Below, piece after piece: positions 49,711 through 63,530 of a DNA stretch of 64,000 nt. Origin of the DNA: Heptranchias perlo (taxonomy: Eukaryota); NCBI RefSeq assembly GCF_035084215.1, contig NC_090325.1:180358001-180422000 (forward strand). Direction: 5' to 3'. The notes under the pieces are model-generated. The model had not been told where the DNA came from, made no database searches, and was given only the letters and a program-made list of their open reading frames with translations. Every line of letters begins with the position of its first letter. Within the stretch, counting starts at the first letter, position 1. Position numbers and translations under genes: made by a program.

Positions 49711-52700
49711 GACTTGCCTTAGCTTAGTTACCCCTTTTAAATTACGTTGAAATTAGAAAATGTTAACTATACTAGGGACCTAGGTTCACTAAAAAAAAAC
49801 CACTATCTGCTATAAAACCTGCAATATTTTGCAATCTTTAATTTGAAGCCTTGCTCTGTAAAACATTGCGTATTCTGTTCTTCTATTATCCATGTAACCT
49901 TGATGGTATGTAGTTGAGTAATTTATTATTTCAAGCTGTACATGTCTGCTTGGCTCTCATGTCATATAAACTAAATGACACATTTATATTAAATAGGTTG
50001 TGGCATAGATTGCTTCAGTGTTTCCAAATTTAGTGACAGTAAATCGCATTTGAAGAGGTATTTGGATTCTTGGGCTATGTATTTTCAGAGCTGGCTCTCA
50101 TTTCTTTTGATTTAAGACATGTATGTGATTTAGCATCTTGATATTCAATTCCTAATTTTGTATCTCTGATACTTGGATGGAAATTATGCAGCTAAACTTT
50201 GTTGTGCAAAGTAGTGCTTTTCATCTTGCTTACACTTTATAGTGTGAAGAGCTCCTTTATTCTGCAAATGAGGCCTCTCAAAGGAGTGATTAATTGTATC
50301 CATTACAACTTGAATTTAAATAGGCCTCAGAACACACAATAGTCATTTTGTTAAATGAGCACCATGCAGTAAGGTGATAAAAGATTTTCAGAAAAGCTTT
50401 ATGAATTATATGCTAAGAGGTCACATACGTAATAACAAATAAATATGGTGTCACTTTGATTTTATAATTTTAAAAGGTTCTGTACTGTTGCATCTGTGCT
50501 TATTATGTATGAATTATCCGAAATCAAAAATGTTAATTTTGAAGAGTATAAGCATTGATGCTTTTTTAAAAAAAACTTTTATTTGTGTTGTTTTCTTTTA
50601 AGAACAAAAAAACCTAATTTAAACACTGCTGGTGATATCATCAGTGCCTGGAAGAGTTACTAAAATAGATGAAATGAAAACACTGAATTAATGCACTTGT
50701 TGAAAATAATGTCATTGCAAAAACATTTCAGGCTTATGATTAGTATCTCTGCTGATAAATTATTTTTTAATCAGCATTTTCTTTTCCTATGCCCCCTTAC
50801 TATGCTATCAGCAGTCAATGTAAATGATTTGAGCAAAAGGGCATGATTTTAAAGTTGATAATTCTTTATAACCTGTTTAACTTTTCTTAATTTTAAGGTG
50901 CGGTTAAAATAACTAAATGAGTACATTTTGAAGAATTCTGTTGCTGCACAATCAAGTTAAGAAGTAGTTTAGTCCTGGTCAGACTTGACACAAGTGACTT
51001 GAACAAAATGGAACATTTTTAAGTGTCGACAGAGACCTGGAAGCAGCTTATAGATCTGTTGGTCAGAAATGGGCATGGTCTGGGTGAAGAAGAGAAAGAT
51101 GAAACAAAATAAAAACATTGATTGAAGCTAGTTAGCAAATTGATTGCTCTTCTATTTTACTTTACTAGAAATTTATGATGGGGGGGTTGAGGAAGGTGGT
51201 ATCATCTGGGGGTGCAGAGGGCATAGGAGGTTCTGCACCAGTTGAAGAAACTACCCGAGGTAGCTGGGTCTACTGCAACTGATTTACTTTTCACTTGGAA
51301 TTACATTCATTTTTGTGTCTGTATATTCCATCAATTTCACTTAAACCTTAAACATTTAGACTGCAGTTCATCCTCCCTATATAACATAGGAACAGGGGTA
51401 GGCCATTCAGCCCCTCGTGCCTGCTCTGCCATTTGATAAGATCATGGCTGATCTGTGATCTAACTCCATATTCCTGCCTTTGGCCCATATCCCTTAACAC
51501 CTTTGGTTGCTAAAAAGCTATCTGTCTCAGATTTAAATTTAGCAATTGAGCTAGTATCAATTGCCGTTTGCGGAAGAGAGTTCCAAACTTCTGCCACCCT
51601 TTGTGTGTATTAATGTTTTCTAACCTCGCTCCTGAAAGGTCTGGCTCTAATTTTTAGACTGTGCCCCCTACTCCTAAAATCCCCAACCAGCGGAAATAGT
51701 TTCTCTCTATCCACCCTATCTGTTCCCCTTAATATCTTATAAACTTCGATCAGATCACCCCTTAACCTTCTAAACTCTAGAGAATACAACCCCAATTTGT
51801 ATAATCTCTCCTTGTAACTTAACCCTTGAGGTCCGGGTATCATTCTAGTAAACCTATGCTGCACTCCCTCCAAGGCCAATATGTCCTACCGAAGGTGCGG
51901 TGCCCAGAACTGCTCACAGTACTCCTTTACATTCAGATTAAGATAAGATGATCTTCTTGCTTTGTTGCTCAAGCTGTAAAGCCTCTTCCAATTCTCTTCC
52001 CAAGTCCTTTTATAATGACCAATGTAGAGTTGATCGCACATTGCCACATTCTCTGTCAGCTGTGTAGTGAAATCATGCACACCCAGCATTTTGATTGTTA
52101 GTTAAGTTCTGTAAACTAATGCTGTTCACTCGTTTCAGAAAGAGGAAAATCATAATTTGGCTAATAGTTCTCACCTGGATTTGAAGCTTGTACAATTCAG
52201 AAGAAAAGCTTTCGCTGTAATAGTTTATTAGTGGGAAAGTGGAGTTGAGGCCGAAGATCAGCCATGATTTTATTGAATGGCGGAGCAGGCTCGAGGGGCC
52301 GTATGGCCTACTCCTGCTCCTATTTCTTATGTTATTAGAGAAAAGGAAAATGCTCGAAGTACCTGGTATTGGATAAAATAGGACTAAGCACTTGACCACT
52401 AGAGCATTATAATCAGTTTGGGAATTGTTAAAAAAAATTCACTGCTTGTTTTATCATCACCTTGAGGAGAAAAAAAATCAAACATTTGGCTTTCTAGGCT
52501 TAATTACGTAGCTTAGAGTTATGGAAACGTGTCGAGGGTACCGTCTGATCTGAAGAGGTTGGATATGTGATCCATTTAGAGGTTGCCAGTCTGCCCTGGT
52601 CTTGATCCTATCCCAAATCCCTGGATGGGTGCCTGTGCCAATTATGGTACTTGCTGGGCAATTGCCCAATGGGAGTGCCAGTAATTTTGGAGTGTCATCT

Positions 52701-53552
52701 TGCTGTTACATTGAGGTTTTAGCCATTTCAATGAGGTGGAATTAGCAGGTCACATCATCATATCAGTACCACGTAAGCTCTAAATGGAGGCAGGCAGATG
52801 CAAGAAGTGATCGACCTTTTCCCATCGGAATTTCTCCTCGTGGGAGGGGAGAGAAGAGAAGAGAGAAGGGTAGGGAAGAGAAAAAGCACATACCTGTCAG
52901 AACTGGGTTGCCTGCCTGACTTGTGTAAACTGGCCAATCTCCATTCAGATTGGGGAATGTCAATTAAATCTATTTTGGCTGCTGAGATTTAAATGAGAAA
53001 TCTCCCGAGTAATACTACAACCTTGACCTGAAGAAGACAAGCAAAGTAGTCTTCGTCATCCAAATTTGCTAGGTGCTGTAAAGCAATTGGGCCCACCTGT
53101 CCACGGGGTAGCTGAAGTTGCTTTATGTTGCACCTACCCATAGTTGTTGAGATGTGACTGGCTACAGAATTGTCCCAAATTGGGAAGGACCAGTCAACCA
53201 AAAAACAGAGGACCAGTTCTCATACTGGGAGCATTCATCTAAACTCTTTTTTTTTTTCCCCCGATCCTGATTATAGCTACTGCCCTCTTAAATCTCATCT
53301 ATAGTGCTTATAACATGACAGTGAAGACTTTTTTTTAAGAAGAAAAAAAGTTGCCACTGCCTTGCTTCATTAAATTATAGTCATTCTCTACAACTTTGTC
53401 TTGCTCCCCAACATTGAGAGAGACTCTTGAACAAACTGAAATTTGGCACTTAACTTTTCCAGCTTTCTCAACACTTGTAATCACCTTTCACATTTTTGCC
53501 ACAATGGATTTTTAAAAGTATCCGATAAGGCAAATGGAGCAGTGAGTTTGTG

Positions 53553-54088
53553 ACTTCCCTTGTGGAAGTCTTTGAGGATCCAAGCCATTGCTCTGACCTG
53601 TGTCCCTGTGCTGGTCCCCACTTCTGCCCTGCAAGAAAACTCTCTTACCCTGTACATCAGCCTCCAAAGTTACGCTGGGTCCATGTGAGACTGGGTTGTG
53701 AGAACTTCTGACTTAAGATGTTACAGAGCCTGCCAAGGTAAGATAAATGTAGACTACAGTAGTGAAGGAGTACTGCACTGTTGGTAGTGTCATCTTTCAA
53801 ATGATTCGTTAAACCACAATCCTGTCTGCCCTCTCGGGTGGATGTCAAAAATCCCATGGCACTATTCAAAGAAGAGCAGGACAGTATTCCCGGTGTCCTG
53901 GCCAACATTTATCCCTCAACCAACACCAAAAACAGATTACCTGGTGATTTATCTCATTGCTGTTTGTAGGACTTAACTGTGTGCACATTGGCTGCCATGT
54001 TTGTTTACATTACAACAGTGACTAAACTTCAAAAGTAATTTTGCTTTGGGATGTCCTGAGGACATGAAAGGTACAATATAAGTGCAAT
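53553..54088 (+). mobile_element. Deu-domain SINE with a non-tRNA head
   Basis: Deu core at ~53765-53990 and an L2-like tail. The head is shared with 61335-61595 (-). Confidence 0.7.
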
Positions 54089-54292
54089 TTCTCTCTTTCT
54101 TTCTCTTTTTGTTCTCTCTCTTTCTTTCTCTTTTTGTTCTCTCTCTTTCTTTCTCTTTTGGTCTCTCTCATCTTTCCTTCTCTCTGCCTTGGTCTGTTTC
54201 CTCTTTCCTTCTCTCTGCCTTGGTCTCTCTCCTCTTTTCCCCCATCGCTCGCTTGCTCTCTTTTTTTTCATTTTCTTCTTTGTTTTCTCTTT
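54086..54292 (+). repeat. CT-rich low-complexity tract
   Basis: Read directly from the sequence. Confidence 0.8.
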
Positions 54293-57200
54293 AGCTGTTT
54301 CTTTGAGCCCTCAGCCATGACCCTCTACACGTTATGTCATTGGCCTTGTAAGGGTGGGTGGGTGGGTGGAGGCTCATTTCCTACAAGGCCAACCAAAAAA
54401 CTTTACCCCGTGGCTGATTTTGGGTTGTTGATTAAATATTTTGTGTGAAATGCAGTCTCTGTGACCTGGCTAAATACACAGCTATTCGGACAGAATCCTG
54501 CCAAAGTTAGGCTGGAACGGACGATTCTCATCCCCTATATATTTGGTGTTGATGCAGTGCAAAAGATTACCTGCAGTTACGTAATTACATCTAGAATGTG
54601 CTGGTGGGAGGAAGACAGAATGGAACTTTGTGATCTTTCATTACTAGGGACTAGTTTTGAATCCACTGATTTGACAAAAAAGTCCCCAACACTTCTATTT
54701 GTTGTAAGGTCTTATGTGAAATGAAATGGGGACAGTTTTTAAGCCCAGTTTGTGGGTGGGTGGGGGTGTGTGTGTGTCCATTGCATAGATTCAAAGTTTG
54801 GTACAAATTAGCTCTAGATTGGTGATGTTTTACAGAGAACAAGTAAATACTGCACAGTATGGGGTGCTGTTTTGATATGTAGAATCCAGTGGATTTGAAA
54901 CTGAGTGCGATAGGGTTCAAATTTTCTGGAAAAATTCAAAAATAGTGATGAGACAAAGAAACAGTGCAACTTACCTGCAGACACCCATACTAAAAATAAC
55001 AACCTTTGTATGACTACTTTATCTATCACTGCCTTGCACAAAATTGGAGGTTAAATTGAGTGCAGCAGACCTCATTACCATACCAAGACTCCGACTTGAT
55101 TGTTAAGACATGCTGGTCTTTTTTCAATTTCATTTCACACAAAATATTCAATGAGATCTTTTTTCTTTCATTAATAAACATTTTAAATTTTTAGAAAAAT
55201 GTTACATTCTGTATATTTGACTGCAACTTTTCTCGTTTATTTAACTTTTGCTGTTGGTCGGCTGTATGTCTGACATATAGAGACCTATTACCTTGTTTGA
55301 GTCTCTATACCAACGTACTGAGAAATCTGCACCTGTTGAGTTTCTATTTTCTCAATACAGCATACCCACACTCATCCAGTATGGAGATACTCCATTTACT
55401 TCAGTCTAGAGAGCTTCGTTACAGGTTTGTAGAGTTGAGGCTAGGGAACGGCTGAAAGTGCGCAGGGGTACACCTGCAGTTTACCCAGCTAAAACCACAT
55501 GGCTTACCAGTACAGACCACAGTTAAGCTTCCTGCTGTTTGTCCAGCTGGGACCTGGGACCTCTACTTGTTAAGGAATTGGCTAGCAAGGCACTCTTGAG
55601 CCACATGGGAAGAATCCCAGCTTGCAGTGACTAGTCTACCCAGACAGGTTTCATCAGTGAGTCAGGCTAGTTGGTCATTGATCAGTTTCATGGACTACCA
55701 CGAGTCTACCTGGTTCAGGTATTGGATTACTGTGTTTGCTACTTTATTCTGAACTTCCTTTGCTAGGCTTGTCATCTTAGAGCCAGCTCAATCCTGAAAA
55801 GACCCTGCTTAGCTTTTAAAAAAATTAATTCTCAAGATATAGGCCTCGCTGGTAAAGCCAGCATTTATTGCTCATCATTAGTTGCCCTTGAGAAGGTGGT
55901 GGAGGGCTACCTTCTTTTGCCCCCTCCCCAAAGGAATATAGTCATAGTTATGGTTTGAATGCTGATTAGCTGGACATTACCTCATTGCAGCTGCCTTTGC
56001 AAGCTATAATGCAGGTTATTGCTCTGCAATCATCTGAATTTATCAGAGTAGCCTCTTCCCTGATCCTGAGTTGGTAATTTTTCTCTCTTTCCCCCTCCCA
56101 ACGACAGTGGAAAATGCTATATCAATCAAGGGTATACTGTCTAATATTGTATTAAGAGAATATTGTAATTTATCGTCTGCAATGAGGTCATTGCATCACC
56201 AAATCCCTATGTTTGAAGATGATTTTGTTTTGATAAACAAGAAGAGAATTACATTATTTCTTCACTCACATGGAGGCTTGTTTCAATTTGACATTGTTGA
56301 GCTCTCCCTTTTTGTTTGTGCCCCATTTATACCACAGTAAGTGGCGCTGTAGTATCTGCTTGCAGCACTGAATTAGGGAAAGCTCATTTTTCTTTCCCCC
56401 CTTTCTCCACCACCCCCCTCCACAACATCCACTTAAGTATGAACATAGCTGTGTGCACCAGCCTCTGACCACCATTGCAGTTTATAATCTTCAAGCTGTT
56501 GGGATAATTGGCTTGTTTCCCCTATCACTAAAAAATTGAAGTTGATGCATTGCACTAGCAGTGCAACACCATCTGTTCCAAGTGGTGTCAGTGCTTGCAC
56601 CAAATTCCATTGGCAGGATTATACCATTGTCATTTATTTTGCACCATCCCGATGTCAAATATATAGTATAACGGAGGCAGAATCCTACAAGGTTATTTAT
56701 TGTTCCGTATTGTGTGATTTAAAGGAATAAGATGCTATAAATTTTATGTAAATCCATGATCTTTTCAGCCAGTTATTTGAGGCTCTGACAGTAATGTACT
56801 CAGTCCAGCCGGTTTTGCTTGCCTCTGGACAAAGTATAGTAACTGAGGTGAAGGTAAGTGCAAATCTTGTCTGACCTGTATGGTTTGTTGCTATAGAAGT
56901 AGGGGAGAGGGAATGTGTAGTTGTGATTTTTTTTTTTGAAGTTAGTACAAATTTTAATATAGTAAGCCTGACTAAGATCCTGGAATGGTTTTTTAAACTG
57001 ATTTTAAAAATGTTTAAATTGGAAGTTTTCCAACTTGTTATAGGACTGATACTACAACTAACTTAGTGTTATGGAGTGCATCTCCAGCAAATAATCAGTG
57101 TCATCATCATCCTGAATGATATGGGGCATCTGCAGTGGTGGAATGTCATCTTTGTAATGAAGCTTAGAACCTGAACTTGGTTACTTTTAAAAGACTGGGG

Positions 57201-58094
57201 CTACACTGCTATCTAGACCTTAGGGCATTACCTTAGGTACATAGAAGTTGCTGTGTGTATTCCATCCTCTCCTATGGACAAGTAACCATTGCTTGGAAAA
57301 AAACATATGAAGTGATTCAAGCAATGTCTTTCTTTTAACTTTTAAAATGGAGTGGGTGCAAGCTAGCCCAGATATGCGAGGCTGCTTAAATAGTTAAGCA
57401 GCCATTTGATTGCAAAGTACAGGAAAGGTTATCATAAATAGTAAATTAATCAGCTGGGTGTGAGTTCTACAACATCATCATTGAATGCTGATAGCTTACA
57501 CATTACTCTCCCATCCAGACTTGGAACAAATGATCATTCAAGCGTTTACACTTTTATGATTGAAAATGAATCAAATGTGACTTTTTTTCCCTACTAATTC
57601 TCTCTCTCATTCTGAAGAGACTGACTTGTGCTGCAATTTAGTTTCACAGGTGTCAATTGCTTTCGATATCTTACCCAAGTGGGCCATTCTTCATGCCTAG
57701 ACAGCGGGCATCGGAAGGCTATTCAGCTATGGAAGGTATCCCAGCAAAGTCCTGTCCTATCCTGATTTAATGTTCAAATATGTGCTTTCCAGCAGGGGAA
57801 TTACTAAGTAACCATCAAGAGCTGGAGCCCAGCCAGTTTGTTTCCTCTCCTAGCCGAGGTGACAGATGCCAAAGCAATCAAGTTTGCTTGGACAGCAGAG
57901 GCCCATAGCATTGACCGTCCATGACCATGCTGTATGGCTTCATTCCAAGTGTCAGAATTCCACTGGATTGTTAGTAATTTGGCATATTCACGTTAACCGA
58001 GGACAACCCTGTGGCCGACTCCAATCTGGAGTAGGTTGGTGTCTCTTTCCGTCCTCGATTCTGATTTTCAGTGCCCGATTTTTGGTACTTTCTC

Positions 58095-58800
58095 TCCCAA
58101 GATGGATGGCATGACTAAAGAATGCCCGGTGGTGGTGATTAATAATTGCTTCCATCTTTTCAAGTCCAGTTCTCTATGTTAAGAACAAAGTCAAACCATC
58201 TAATTCCAGTAGTTGCCTCTGACGGCGCATATGAAATGATTCCAGTCTCTAGTTGTCTTGCTTGAGCAGCGTCCATGTTTCAGATCAATACAAAAGTATT
58301 GAAAGGACACAGGGCTGATAGATTTGTGCTTTCGTAGGGATTTTCACCTTTTGTCTCCAGAACGCAGGTCCATCATTACTGACTCTGCTAAGCCAGTTCT
58401 CCCCAGTATGTGCAGCTCACTACGTGAATCTGATCGTTTCCTACTTAGGTGGATAAAGTTGTCCACTGGCTCCAAGTTTTGCCCATCAACTTGAATGTCT
58501 TGTATGGGTCAATACCCTGGAATTTTGTCTTTGCCGAAGAAACCAGTAGCTCAAAGGTGGCTGCCTCACACCAAAAGCTGTCCAAAGCGTCTTTGAGATT
58601 GTTCGCATCCTGACCGAGGAGGGCGACAACATCCGCATAGTCCAGGTCAGATAGAGATTTGATTGACTATGATGCTGAGATGTGGTCAAGGAACCAGTCC
58701 ATTGCACAACAGAATAGGATTGGAGCTAGGACGTGTCCCTGCCTTACTCCAGATCTAGTGTAGAACCTCTCAGACTTTTGGGTCATTATGTAGATTTTGA
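58095..58800 (-). mobile_element. Highly degraded RTE-like LINE fragment
   Basis: Remnants resembling LDYADV, FIHLS/FxYLGS and VLSILLY, and GVRQG-like sequence at ~58740. Confidence 0.45.
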
Positions 58801-58949
58801 ATTAGCCTCAGGAAAATGTCAGCGATGCCAAAGCCCTTTCATAGGGCTTTATAAGGAAGGTTCTGCACAGATGCAAAAGTAGCATCTCAAATGCTATTTT
58901 GACTGATGGGTCCGCATAGAGCAGGATTAAAAACGGATAAAAACTTTGC

Positions 58950-59770
58950 TAACATCAACAACTTGCATTTATATAATGCCTTTAATGTAGAAAAACATCC
59001 CAAGGCTCTTCACATTGGTGTCATCAGACAAAAATGGGATTGAGCCAAAGAAGGAGTTGTTAGGAAAGGTGACCAAACGTTTGGTCGAAGAAGTGGGTTT
59101 TATGGTGGAGAGAGAGGTGCAGAGGCTTAGGGAGGGAATTCCAGAGCGTGGGGTTTAAATATGTGAAGGCATTTGCCAATGGAGGGGTGAAGGGAGTGGG
59201 GGATGTACAAGAAATCAGTCAAAGGAAATGAGAGTTCTGGGAAGTTGCAGGGGGAGGTTACAGAGATATGGAGGGATGAGACCATGATGATTTAAACACA
59301 AGGAAGAGAATTTTAATTTGTTGTGGGTTCGAGAGCCGCTGTAGGTCAGCAAGGACAGGAGTGATCACGGCTGAGCGGGACTTGATGTTGGATATGATAT
59401 TGGCTGCAGAGTTTTGGATGAACTAGAGTTCACTGACTGTGGACGATGGGAGGCTGACGAGGAGAGTATTGGAATGATCGAGTATGGAGGTGACAGAGAC
59501 ACAGATGAGAGTTTCAGCAGCAGATGGACTGAGGCAGAGGGCAATGTAATGGAGGTGGAAGTAGATGGTCTTTGTGATGGAGAGGATATGGGGTCGGAAG
59601 CTCAGCTCTGGGTCAAATAGGATGCAAATGTTGTGAACAGCCTGGTTCAACCTGAGACAGTGGCTAGGCAGAGGGATGGGATCGATGTCAAGGGTATGGA
59701 GTTTGTGGCAGGGGTTAATCTGGAAGAAATCGAGGCACATCCAAGAATAAATGTTGATGGATGAAGCCAA
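58950..59770 (-). mobile_element. L2 LINE 3' fragment
   Basis: ILFDPELSFRPHI and LSPSAAETLI, with a tail like that at 26200. Confidence 0.8.
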
Positions 59771-61267
59771 TGATCGATGAAAACCTTGGTAAGGATTTTA
59801 ATGCCAGCAGCATGTTAGTTGTGGCTAAGTACAAGACAGATGGCGGTTAAAACTGGCAACCTGACAGTGAATGGAAAAGTATGCTCAAATCATAGTATCA
59901 CTTAAGTGCTACGTCCGTCAGTGAAAAGTGATTCCATTATGAAATGGTGCCCTCTCTTGACCAATGAAGGGTACAACAAATATTGACATCAATCCTACTA
60001 CAGTCTTTATTTAAAAAGAGGATACAGTAAGTTTTAAACTCTCGTTAGAACTGGAGTGTGGGGATGTGGAGTGGTGTACAATGCTGTAACAGAAGTACAA
60101 TGTACTGAAAACTACCATGGACCACAGAACATACTTAGCACATAAAAATTGGAAGTTTGCGTTACTGTAGCAGTTTTCTACATTCGTAAGCTCAGTGCAA
60201 ACTGATCAGATTCACAGATGATACTAAATTGGGAAGGGATCAGTCAAATTGCAGGCAATAAAAATCATCGCAGACAAGTGCAAGGCACTATACATTGGGA
60301 GGAAAAATGGGTGTCACAAGGCTATTAAGGATGGTGTAGAAATAGTGTAAATCTACTGTCACCCAGAGATCCCTTTCAATAAGTGTCAAATCACTGTGCA
60401 GCAGCAACAACCAAAATGAACAGATGGCTAAATTAGGTCAATTGAATGCAAGTTGGAAGATGTCATGCTAAAAGTGTTCGGTTCTCAGGTCAGACTGCAC
60501 CTTGAGTGCTGTGTTCACTTATAGAATGTTGGCTATGTTGGTGGGGGCAAAAGCCTTGGATTTATTTAAGAGACAAGTTTGTTGATCTGAGGGATGATGG
60601 GGGCATGGACTAGCTTTTTTTTTCTTCTGAATATATGAGGTAAGATGGGTTGAATGGCCTCGCTCATTTGTATTGTGAACAGTTTATGCCAGGCAATTTC
60701 AAGAAACATTGTATTGTAATTTAAATGTTAATGTACCAACTTGTAAAATTTAAGTTCATGAAATAAAATTGGAGATTTTTCAACTGAATTGGGATAGGTG
60801 TTGTCTGCTTTCTGGCTGTCTGTCTGTGAAAGATCATAAAATGATACGAGGTTTAAAAACAAACTCACAGCCAAGCTTGGTCTAGTCCCAACTTGGTGAC
60901 CACACAATCACTTCTAGCAGAAGTCATTGGACAGGAGTTTGGGATGGAAAAAGGGCTTTTTTTTCATTCCTCTCTTGCTCAGGGGTGCTGAGGCCAACTA
61001 CAGCATACCAACTACTACTCGAAGTGAACTTAGTTACTCAGCACAGAGTGGGAGATGAACCTCGGACTTCTGACCTGTTTGTCTTTAGAACCATGTAAGA
61101 TGATTTATTTACCCATTGAATTATATAAATATTTTTAGTTGGTAGGGTATGAGTGACTAAATTGCAGCGTAAGCATCAAATGTGCAATAATAGTTCAAAT
61201 TTAACTTTTTAAAAAGTTTCCTGCAGTGAATTGGACCGTTTACTCTTTTATAATGCCAAGAGTATTG

Positions 61268-61595
61268 TATTTTTTAAATCATTCTTCAGGATATGGGTGT
61301 CACTGGCAAGGCCGGCATTTATTGTCCATCCCCAGTTTAATGAATCATCTGAAAGTTGGCAACTCCAACGGTGCAGTACTTCTTCAGTATTGTAGCTGGC
61401 TGTTACCTTACCTTGGCAGACTCTCCAACATTTTAAGTCAGAGTTCTTGCAGCCGAGCCTCGTAGGGACCCGGCGTAACTTTTGGAGGCTGATACGCAGA
61501 GTAAAAGGTTTACCTTGAAGGGCAGAAATGGGGACCACCACAGGCACACAAGTTAGAGAAGTGGCCTGGACCCTCAAAGATTTCCATAAGGAAAA
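61268..61595 (-). mobile_element. Chimeric SINE: unknown head, start of the Deu domain, and the tail of the 41-kb LINE family
   Basis: Colinear with 53553-53815, then ggatggacaataaatgccggccttgccagtgacacccatatcc. Confidence 0.65.
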
Positions 61596-63094
61596 TTTAC
61601 TTTTGGTTAATGTGGCCCATGTACAAAGGGAGCAGTTAGAAAATAATTTCCCCTCTTTTCCCCTCCCCTCCCCCCCGCCCCCCCCCCACCTTCAAAAGGC
61701 CTAGCAAGATGTAACCCTAGTGGTATGGGTACTCGCCAGCTCCATGCCAATTAGATTCCATTCCTCGTCCCACATACCCCATACTGAGCACTGGAGGGGC
61801 ACTGGCAGGTTTGATCCCCGTGTAAATGCATAGATCATGGAACTTCAGGACCACAGTAGGACTTTGCCAACTTCTCAGAAAATTAGCAGCTTAATGTCTG
61901 AGACCGTTTGGAAAAGCACAAGAACTGTTACGTTTTACTATTCCATTTTTAAAATCATTCTTCGGGATGTGGGTGTCGCCGGAAAAGGCCGGCATTAATT
62001 GCCTAACAAGAATCTGTTCAGGCTAAGAGGTGAGTGTATTGATGAGGAGAAAAGTACAGCTGAAATGACTGCATTCTGCAAATACTAGAATAAATTAGGT
62101 AAAGGATGAACTTGAGACTTCATTGTCACTTCTTTAGACACCTGCAACAATTATAGACTGCCTTAAATCTCTTAATTTAACAATGACTTTCAAGATTGTA
62201 TCTGTGGTTAATTTTGTACAAAGTGACCGATGAAGCTATTGTTTAAGCTGCAATGAACAGACAAGGTGAGGAGTAGTTTGCAGTTCATAAATACTGCATA
62301 ACTGGGCATCATTCAAAGAATACTCCTGAGAAAGCTCTCGCAAATCTATATTTGTGTGCTATCAACTGGGTTCTGGTATTTGTTTTAATTAATTAAAGGC
62401 AAGCAACCAAACTCATCGTTGGTACATCTTGTATATTGGGATGTTTATATCTGTGTTAGATGGTTCTCATTACAGTGCCTGCAAATGAGACAAAATGTCT
62501 GAAGTCTGAACACTGAATCCAGCACAGCCTCATTGCAGTGTTGAGCTGAGCATTTTATTATGACTGAACTGAAATTTTCTTGAAAAGTGTACACTGACCT
62601 CCCGTGAGCAGGTTGACTGTTCTGGAGATGTAGACAGGTAATTTCCTGGATTGCACTTGTGCAGAATTTACGCCAGTTTCTACACCGATCTTGCTGTCAG
62701 GAACTTGCGTCCAAATTTCCTGAGAATCTTAGCATATGCCAACACATAAAACTAGCAGAAATCAGCGCAAAGAATCGGGGCCCAAGCGCTGCGCAGAACA
62801 TATACTATTTTCATTCTTTAAGTCCCTTTTTTTATTTTATTGATGTTGTGAAAATTAAAGATTGAAGCCATCAAACCATCACTTATGCACAGTATTTTTA
62901 AGAAAATGCAATTGTGGAAGCTTTTCTCTGTTTAATGTATCAGACTGTGATGCCATTTTAAAAAAAGCATTCATAGATACAGAAAATGCAGTGCAGGTCT
63001 CAGTAAAGAAAAAGAAAAATGAATTGCTACAAAACAGCAGAAATAGTGCCTACATTTCTGGGTGTAAATTTAAACCTGTTCAAAACTGGCATTT

Positions 63095-63530
63095 CAAAAA
63101 AAAATTATTTGGATGTGAGCATTGTGGACAAGCCTGCCCATCCCTAATTGCCCTGAGAAGGTGGTGGTGAGCTGCTTTCTTGAGCCACTGGTAGTGGTTT
63201 GATACAACTGAGTGCCTTGCATCGGGCATTTCAGAGGGCAGTTAAGTGTCAACCACATTGGAGTCACAAAGGCCAGATTGGGTAAGGACGGCAGGTTTCC
63301 TTCCCTAATGGACATTAGTGAACCAGTTAGATTCTTAACGAAGATCCGACAGCTCTATGGCCACTTTTACTGAGACAAGCTTTTGTTAAATTTCTAGATT
63401 TTTTTTTAATATATACTGAATTCAAATTCTGAAACTGCCATGGTGAGATTTGTACTCAAGTTCTCTAGATTATTAGTTCAGGCCTCTGAACTACTAGTCC
63501 AGTCACATGACCACTACCCTACTGCACCCG
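63095..63530 (-). mobile_element. tRNA-derived SINE sharing its 3' tail with the LINE at 41025-41812
   Basis: tRNA-like head gggtgcagtagggtagtggt...tacaaatctcacc, and tail gctcaccaccaccttctcagggcaattagggatgggcag. Confidence 0.7.

Larger units (their letters stand above)
46146..49800 (-). mobile_element. Young near-full-length CR1 LINE with an internal deletion
   Basis: Stop-free ORF1, endonuclease and RT segments, plus a tandem (taagaaca)n tail at 46146-46169. Confidence 0.95.

Noticed and set aside
56769-56853. Exon-like segment ttttcag...aag|gtaagt ending SIVTEVK
   Set aside because: Has a stop in the phase-1 frame, and the internal ATG frame ends in phase 0, which is incompatible with B55 exon phase. 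The similarity to SYVTE is probably chance.
61405-61420. cttaccttggcag resembling the U1 snRNA 5' end
   Set aside because: No further U1 similarity; it is simply the reverse complement of a splice-donor-like motif.
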